Positions 56,101 to 64,000 of a DNA stretch of 64,000 nucleotides are shown piece by piece. Below the pieces are notes generated by a model. That model was given only the letters and a program-made list of their open reading frames with translations. It had not been told where the DNA came from and made no database searches. Within the stretch, counting starts at the first letter, position 1; each line of letters starts with the position of its first letter. The DNA comes from the human T2T-CHM13v2.0 reference genome, Homo sapiens. Both the position numbers and the translations under genes were made by a program. The DNA is taken from assembly GCF_009914755.1 (NCBI RefSeq), contig NC_060933.1; one strand, 5' to 3'.

Positions 56101-58500
56101 CTTTCTGTTCCGTTCCCTTCCCTTCCATTCCATTCCATTCCATTCCGTTCCGTTCCATTCCATTCCATTCCATTCTATTCGGGTTAATTCCATTCGATTC
56201 CATTCGATTGCAATCGTGTTGATTCCATTCCATTCCATTCCATTCCATTCCATTCCTTTCCATTCCATTACGGATGATTCCATTCCATTGCATTCCATTC
56301 CATTCCATTCCCCTGTACTCGGGTTGATTCCATTCCATTGCATTCCAATCCATGCCCTTCCACTCGTGTTGATTCCATTCTTTCCATTCCATTCAAGTTG
56401 AATCCATTCCATTGCATTCCATTCCATTTGATTCCATTCGATTGCACTCGGGTTGATTCCATTCCATTGCATTCCATTCCATTCCATTCCATTCCATTCC
56501 ATTCCGTTCCATTCCATTCCATTACATTCGGATTGATTCTATTCAATTCCCTTACACTCCATTACATTCCATTCCATTCGGGTAGTTTCCATTCCATTCC
56601 ATTCCATTCCTCTCCATTCCATTGCACTCGGGTTGATTCCATTCCATTGCATTCCATTCCATTCCATTCAATTCCATTCCGTTCCATTCCATTCCATTAT
56701 ATTCGGATTGATTCTATTCAACTCCCTTACTCTCCATTACATTCCATTCCATTCGGGCTGTTCCATTCCATTCCATTCCATTCCACTCCATTCCATTGCA
56801 CTCGGGTTTATTCCATTCCATTCCATTCCATTCCATTCCATTCCATTCCATTCCGGAAGATTCGATTCCATTGCATTCCGTTCCATTCCATTCCCCTGCA
56901 CTCGCGTTGATTCCATTCCATTCCATTCCATTCCATTCCATTCCATTCCATTCCATTCCATTCCATTCCATTCCTTTCCCTTCCATTCCATTCCATTCCA
57001 TTCCATTCCATTCCATTCCATTGCAATCGAGTTGATTCCATTCCATTCCATTCCATTCCGTTCCGGATGATTCCTTTCCATTCCATTCCATTCCATTCCA
57101 TTCCATTCCATTCCATTCCCCTGCAGTCGGGTTGATTCCATTCCATTCCATCCCATTTCATTCCATTCCATTCCATTCCGTTCCATTCCATTCCATTACA
57201 TTCGGATTGATTCTATTCAATTCCCTTACACTCCATTACATTCCATTCCATTCGGGTAGTTTCCATTCCATTCCATTCCATTCCTCTCCATTCCATTGCA
57301 CTCGGGTTGATTCCATTCCATTGCATTCCATTCCATTCCATTCTATTCTATTCCGTTCCATTCCATTCCATTACATTCGGATTGATTCTATTCAACTCCC
57401 TTACTCTCCATTACATTCCATTCCATTCGGGTTGTTCCATTCCATTGCACTCGGGTTGATTCCATTCCATTCCATTCCATTCCATTCCATTCCATTCCAT
57501 TCCGGAAGATTCCATTCCATTGCATTCCATTCCATTCCATTCCCCTGCACTCGCGTTGATTCCATTCTATTCCATTCTATTCCATTCCATTCCCTTCCTT
57601 TCCGTTCCATTCCATTCCATTCCATTCCATTCCATTCCATTCCTTTCCATTCCATTACGGATGATTCCATTCAATTGCATTCCATTCCATTCCATTCCCC
57701 TGTACTCGGGTTGATTCCATTCCATTCCATTCCAATCCATGCCATTCCACTCGTGTTGATTCCATTCTTTCCATTCCATTTAAGTTGAATCCATTCCATT
57801 GCATTCCATTCCATTCGATTCCATTCGATTGCACTCGGGTTGATTCCATTCCATTGCATTCCATTCCATCCCATTTCATTCCATTCCCTTCCTTTCCATT
57901 CCATTCCATTCCATTGTAATCGAGTTGATTCCATTCCATTCCTTTCCATTCGATTCCATTTCCTTGCATTCCACTCGGGTTGATTCCATTCCCTTCTTCC
58001 CACTCCATTACATTCCCTTCCATTCCACTCGGAATGATTGATTCCATTCCATTCCATTCCATTTCATTCCATTGCAATCCATTCCAATCCATTCAATTAT
58101 ATTCCATTCCACTCGAGTTGATTTCATTCCATTCCTTTCCATTCCATTCCATTCCTTTCCACTCGAGTTGATTCCATTCCATTCCATTCCATTGCATTCC
58201 ATTCCATGCCATTCCACTCGGGTTGATTCCATTCCATTCCATTCCATTCCATTCCATTCCATTCCATTGCATTCCATTCCATTCCTTTCCCCTGCACTCG
58301 GGTTGATTCCTTTCCTTTCCATTCCATTTAATTCCATTCCATTCCATTCCATTCCATTCCATTCCAATCCGTTCCATTCCATTCCATTCTATTCCACTGC
58401 AATCGACTTGATTCCATTCCATTCCATTCTATTCCATTTCATTCCATTCCATTCCATTCCATTCCATTTTGTTCCAATCCATTCTATTCTGAACCATTCC
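44140..58500 (+). repeat. ~4.0-kb higher-order repeat, three copies, the second interrupted by ~3 kb of other HSat3 sequence
   Basis: CCCTTCCATGATTGATTCC at ~44152/48161/55229. CCATTTGATTCC at ~45342/52425/56424. GGAAGATTCG at ~45758/52836/56855. GGAATGATTG module at ~47074/54137/58031. Confidence 0.85.
51492..51526 (+). repeat. (CCGTT)7 CpG-bearing variant run
   Basis: Seven consecutive CCGTT units replace CCATT. Confidence 0.95.
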
Positions 58501-58819
58501 ATTCCATTCCACTCCATTCCATTGCATTCCATTCCATGCCATTCCACTCGGGTTGATTCCATTCCATTCCATTCCATTCCATTCCATTCCATACCATTCC
58601 GTTCCATTCCATTTCATTACATTCATATTGATTCTATTCAATTCCCTTACACTCCATTATATTCCAATCCATTCTGGTTGTTTCCATTCCATTCCATTCC
58701 ATTTCACTCCATTCCATTGCACTCGGTTTGATTCCATTCCATTCCATTCCATTCCATTCCGGATGATTCCATTCCATGGCATTCCATTCCATTCCATTCC
58801 ATTCCATTCCATTCCATTC

Positions 58820-61800
58820 CATTCCATTCCTTTCCATTCCATTCCATTCGGATTCATTTTATTCAATTCCCTTACACTCCATTACATTCCATTCGATTCG
58901 TGTAGTTTCCATTCCATTCCATTCCATTCCTCTCCATTCCATTGCACTCGTGTTGATTCCATTCCATTCCATTACATTCCATTCCATTCCATTCCATTCC
59001 ATTCCGGATGATTCCATTCCATTGAATTCCATTCCATTCCATTCCCCTGCACTTGGGTTGATTCCATTCCATTCCATTCCATTCCTTTCTGTTCCATTCA
59101 ATTCCATTCCATTCCATTCTATTCGTGTTAATTCCATTCCATTCTATTCCATTCCATTCCATTGAAATCGAGTTGATTCCATTCCATTCCATTCCATTCC
59201 ATTCCATTCCGGATGATTCCATTCCATTGCATTCCATTCCATTCCATTCCCCTGCACTCAGGTTGATTCCATTCCATTCCATTACTTTACATTCCATTCC
59301 ATTCCGTTCCATTTCATTCTATTTGGGTTAATTCCATTCCATTCCATTCCACTCCATTCCAGTCCTTTCCATTCCATTCCACTCGGGTTGATTCCATTCT
59401 ATTCCTTTCAATTCCATTCCATTCCATTGCAATCGAGTTGATTCCATTCGAGTTGAATCCATTCCATTCCATTCCATTCCATTCCATTCCATTCCATTCC
59501 ATTTCATTCCATTCCATTCTATTCCGTACCATTCCATTCCATCCCATTCCATTCCGTTCCATTCCATGCCATTACACTCGGGTTGATTCCAGTCCTTTCC
59601 ATTCCATTCTTGTTGAATCCATTCCATTCCATTCCATTCCATTCGAATCCATTCCATTGCTCTTGGGTTGATTCCATTCCATTCCATTCCATTCCATTTC
59701 ATTCCATTCCATTCCATTACATTCGGATTGATTCTATTCAATTCCCTTACACTCCATTACATTCCATTCCTTTCGGGATGTTTCCATTCCATTCCATTCC
59801 ATTCCACTCAATTCCACTGCATCAGGTTGATTGCATTCCATTCCATTCCATTCCATTCCGGATGATTGCATTCCATTGAATTCCATTCCTTCCCATTCCC
59901 CTGCACTCGGGTTGATTCCATTCCATTCCATTCCATTCCATTCCATTCCGTTCCATTCCGTTCCGTTCCATTCCATTCCATTCTTTTCCGGTTAATTCCA
60001 TTCCATTCCATTCGATTCCATTCCATTCCATTCCATTCCATTGCAATCGAGTTGATTCCATTCCATTCCAGTCCATTCCGTTCCGGATGATTCCATTCCA
60101 TTCCATTCCATTCCATTCCATTCCCCTGCAGTCGGGTTGATTCCATTCCATTCCATTCCATTCCATTCCATTCCATTCCGTTCAATTCCATTCCATTCCA
60201 TTCTATTCGGGTTAATTCCATTCCATTCCATTCCATTCCATTCCATTCCATTCCATTCCAATCTAGTTGTTTCCATTCCATTCCATTCCATTCCATTCCA
60301 CTCCATTCCAGTCATTTCCATTCCATTACACTCGGGTTGATTCCATTCTATTCCTTTCCATTCCATTCCATTCCATTGCAATCGAGTTGATTCCATTGCT
60401 TTGCATTCCATTCCATTCCATTCCATTCCGGATGATTCCATTCCATTGCATTCCATTCCATTCCATTCCCCTGCACTCGGGTTGATTCTATTCCATTCCA
60501 CTCCATTCCGTTCCATTCCATTCCATTCCATTGTATTCGGGTTAATTCTATTCCATTCCATTCCATTCCATTCCATTCCATTCCATTACAATCGAGTTGA
60601 TTCCGTTCCATTCCATTCCATTCCATTCCATTGCATTCCATTCCATGCCATTCCACTCGGGTTGATTCCATTCCTTTGCATTCCATTCCATTCCATTCCA
60701 TTCCATTCCATTCCATTCCATTCCGTTGCATTCCATTCCATTACATTCGGATTGATTCTATTCAACTCCCTTACTCTCCATTACATTAAATTCTATTCGG
60801 GTTGTTCCATTCCATTCCATTCCATTCCACTCCATTCCATTGCACTCGGGTTGATTCCATTCCATTCCATTCCATTCCATTCCATTCCGGATGATTCCAT
60901 TCCATTGCATTCCGTTCCATTACATTCCTCTGCACTCGCGTTGATTCCATTCCATTCCATTCCATTCCATTCAATTCCATTCTCTTACAATTCGTTCCAT
61001 TCCATTCTATTCCGTACCATTCCATTCCATTCCATACCATTCCATTCCATTGCATTCCATTCCATTCCATTCCATTCCATTCCTTTCCATTCCATTCCAT
61101 TCCATTCCATTCCATTCGGGTTAATTCCATTCCATTCCATTCCATTCCATTCTATTCCATTCCATTGCAATCGAGTTGAATCCATTGCATTTCATTCCAT
61201 TCCATTCCATTCCATTCCATTCCATTCCAGAAGATTCCATTCCATTGCATTCCATTCCATTCCATTCCCCTGCACTCGCGTTGATTCCATTCCATTCCAT
61301 TCCATTCCATTCCATTCCATTCCATTCCGTTCCGTTCCATTCCATTCCATTCCATTCCGTTCCGTTCCATTCCATTCCATTCCATTCTATTCGGGTTAAT
61401 TCCATTCCATTCCATTCGATTGCAATCGTGTTGATTCCATTCCATTCCATTCCATTCCATTCCATTCCATTCCATTCCATTCCTTTCCATTCCATTACGG
61501 ATGATTCCATTCCATTGCATTCCATTCCATTCCATTCCCCTGTACTCGGGTTGATTCCATTCCATTGCATTCCAATCCATGCCCTTCCACTCGTGTTGAT
61601 TCCATTCTTTCCATTCCATTCAAGTTGAATCCATTCCATTGCATTCCATTCCATTCGATTCCATTCGATTGCACTCGGGTTGATTCTATTCCATTGCATT
61701 CCATTCCATTCCATTCCATTCCATTCCATTCCATTCCGTTCCATTCCATTCGTATTGATTCTATTCAAATCCCTTACACTCCATTACATTCCATTCCATT

Positions 61801-64000
61801 CGGGTAGTTTCCATTCCATTCCATTCCATTCCTTTCCATTCCATTGCACTCGGGTTGATTCCATTCCATTGCATTCCATTCCATTCCATTGAATTCCATT
61901 CCGTTCCATTCCACTCCATTACATTCGGATTGATTCTATTCAACTCCCTTACTCTCCATTACATTCCATTCCATTCGGGCTGTTCCATTCCATTCCATTC
62001 CATTCCACTCCATTCCATTGCACTCGGGTTTATTGCATTCCATTCCATTCCATTCCATTCCATTCCATTCCATTCCATTCCGGAAGATTCCATTCCATTG
62101 CATTCCATTCCATTCCATTCCCCTGCACTCGCGTTGATTCCATTCCATTCCATTCCATTCCATTCCATTCCATTCCATTCCATTCCTTTCCTTTCCATTC
62201 CATTCCATTCCATTCCATTCCATTCCATTCCATTCCGTTCCGTTCCGTTCCATTCCATTCCATTCCATTCTATTCGGGTTAATTCCCTTCCATTCCATTC
62301 GATTGCAATCGAGTTGATTCCATTCCATTCCATTCCATTCCATTCCATTCCTTTCCATTCCATTCCTTTCCATTCCATTACGGATGATTCCATTCCATTG
62401 CATTCCATTCCATTCCATTCCCCTGTACTCGGGTTGATTCCATTCCATTCCATTCCAATCCATGCCATTCCACTCGTGTTGATTCCATTCTTTCCATTCC
62501 ATTCAAGTTGAATCCATTCCATTGCATTCCATTGCATTCCATTCCCCTGCAGTCGGGTTGATTCCATTCCATTCCATTCCATTCCATTCCATTCCATTCC
62601 ATTCCGTTACGTTCCGTTCCATTCCATTCCATTCCATTGCACTCGGGTTGATTCCATTCCATTGCATTCCATTCCATTCCATTCCATTCCATTCCATTCC
62701 ATTCCATTCTGTTCCATTCCATTCCATTACACTCGGATTGATTCTTTTCAACTCCCTTACTCTCCATTACATTCCATTCCATTCGGGTTGTTCCATTCCA
62801 TTCCATTCCATTCCACTCCATTCCATTGCACTCGTGTTGATTCCATTCCATTCCATTCCATTCCATTCCGGATGATTCCATTCCATTGCATTCCGTTCCA
62901 TTACATTCCCCTGCACTCGGGTTGATTCCATTCCATTCCATTCCATTCCATTCGATTCCATTCCATTCCCCTGCACCCGCGTTGATTCCATTCCATTCCA
63001 TTCCATTCCATTTCATTCCATTCCATTCCATTCCTTTCCGTTCCATTCCATTCCATTCCATTCCATTCCGTTCCATTCCATTCGATTCCAATCCATTCTA
63101 TTCGGGTTAATTCCATTCCATTCCATTCGATTGCAATCGAGTTGATTGCATTCCATTCCATTCCATTCCATTCCATTCCATTCCTTTCCATTCCATTACG
63201 GATGATTCCATTCCATTGCATTACATTCCATTCCATTCCCCTGTACTCGGGTTGATTCCATTCCATTCCATTCCATTCCATTCTATTCCATTCCATTCCA
63301 TTCCATTCCGGAAGATTCCATTCCATTGCATTCCAATCCATTCCATTCCCCTGCACTCGCGTTGATTTCATTCCATTCCATTCGATTCCATTCGATTGCA
63401 CTCGGGTTGATTCCATGGCATTGCATTCCATTCCATTCCATTCCATTCCATTCCATTCCATTCCTTTCCATTCCATTCCATTCGGATTCATTTTATTCAA
63501 TTCCCTTACACTCCATTACATTCCATTCGATTCGTGTAGTTTCCATTCCATTCCATTCCATTCCTCTCCATTCCATTGCACTCGTGTTGATTCCATTCCA
63601 TTCCATTACATTCCATTCCATTCCATTCCATTCCATTCCGGATGATTCCATTCCATTGAATTCCATTCCATTCCATTCCCCTGCACTTGGGTTGATTCCA
63701 TTCCATTCCATTCCATTCCTTTCTGTTCCATTCAATTCCATTCCATTCCATTCTATTCGTGTTAATTCCATTCCATTCTATTCCATTCCATTCCATTGAA
63801 ATCGAGTTGATTCCATTCCATTCCATTCCATTCCATTCCATTCCATTCCATTCCATTCCGGATGATTCCATTCCATTGCATTCCATTCCATTCCATTCCC
63901 CTGCACTCAGGTTGATTCCATTCCATTCCATTACTTTACATTCCATTCCATTCCGTTCCATTTCATTCTATTTGGGTTAATTCCATTCCATTCCATTCCA
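58820..64000 (+). repeat. Segment 58.82-59.35 kb repeated at 63.46-64.0 kb (offset 4634 bp; runs off the window end)
   Basis: TTCGGATTCATTTTATTCAA at 58847 and 63481; ATTGAAATCG and TTACTTTAC in both; identical 92-aa ORF read-outs at 58859 and 63493. Confidence 0.85.

Larger units (their letters stand above)
1..64000 (+). repeat. Satellite III (HSat3), (CATTC)n/(GGAAT)n pericentromeric-type array, single orientation (C-rich strand = +)
   Basis: Continuous ATTCC pentamers across the whole window, interspersed with ACTCGGGTTG / ATTCGGGTTA / AATCGAGTTG decamers, the established signature of satellite 3. Long pure ATTCC runs and no dominant CATTCGATGATT-type ~23-26-bp unit argue against HSat2. 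No switch to (GGAAT)n on the + strand was seen. Confidence 0.98.

Noticed and set aside
109-63980. Hundreds of ORFs of 60-428 aa on both strands
   Set aside because: (ATTCC)n and (GGAAT)n contain no stop codon in any frame and translate to IPFHS / MEWNG. The ORFs overlap in all six frames and show no domain or coding signal. Database 'hypothetical proteins' of this type are satellite artefacts.
1-64000. CRISPR-like repeat/spacer appearance (conserved words separated by variable stretches)
   Set aside because: The stretches between words are ATTCC runs rather than unique spacers, there are no cas genes, and the context is eukaryotic satellite.
1-64000. Alpha satellite, CENP-B boxes or telomeric repeats
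   Set aside because: No 171-bp AT-rich monomer, no TTCG-n4-A-n2-CGGG box recognised (TTCGGG here is contiguous), and no TTAGGG/CCCTAA arrays.
1-64000. Assignment to Y-chromosome DYZ1 (3.6 kb), chr15-type 1.8-kb HSat3, or HSat2
   Set aside because: No regular 3.6-kb or 1.8-kb period, much purer ATTCC runs than DYZ1, and no dominant HSat2 CATTCGATGATT-type unit. A formal k-mer classification was not run.
1-64000. A defined SatIII lncRNA gene or promoter; hidden inversion or foreign insertion
   Set aside because: No start site, terminator or boundary can be placed from sequence. Reading through, I found no strand switch and no non-satellite stretch longer than a few pentamers, though a very short one could be missed by eye.

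Overview
The whole 64-kb window is one uninterrupted block of primate (human-like) Satellite III (HSat3). It consists of (CATTC/ATTCC)n on the + strand and (GGAAT)n on the - strand, punctuated every few dozen bases by the classical decamer family A(C/T/A)TCG(G/A/T/C)GTT(G/A). I saw no inversion, transposon, alpha satellite, RNA gene or credible protein-coding gene. All ORFs in the track are MEWNG / IPFHS pentapeptide read-outs of a stop-free 5-bp repeat. A recurrent ~150-bp module matches my recollection of the pHuR98 chromosome 9q12 SatIII probe, which suggests the heat-shock-inducible 9q12 array; this needs an alignment to confirm. I did not find a new gene-encoded system. The structure of interest lies in the variants. 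About eight recognisable modules are chained in a fixed order with a ~0.7-0.9-kb basic cycle. Roughly 50 perfect three-unit heat-shock elements (aTTCc gGAAg aTTCc) are each coupled to a CGCG motif, and 13-14-bp palindromes recur in an otherwise strand-asymmetric sequence. There is also a near-invariant 175-bp spacing between two paralogous modules, local ~3-kb and ~4-kb tandem units, and long-range paralogies at about 5.4, 6.25, 7.1, 22, 37 and 44.5 kb. Counts and boundaries were made by eye and are approximate.
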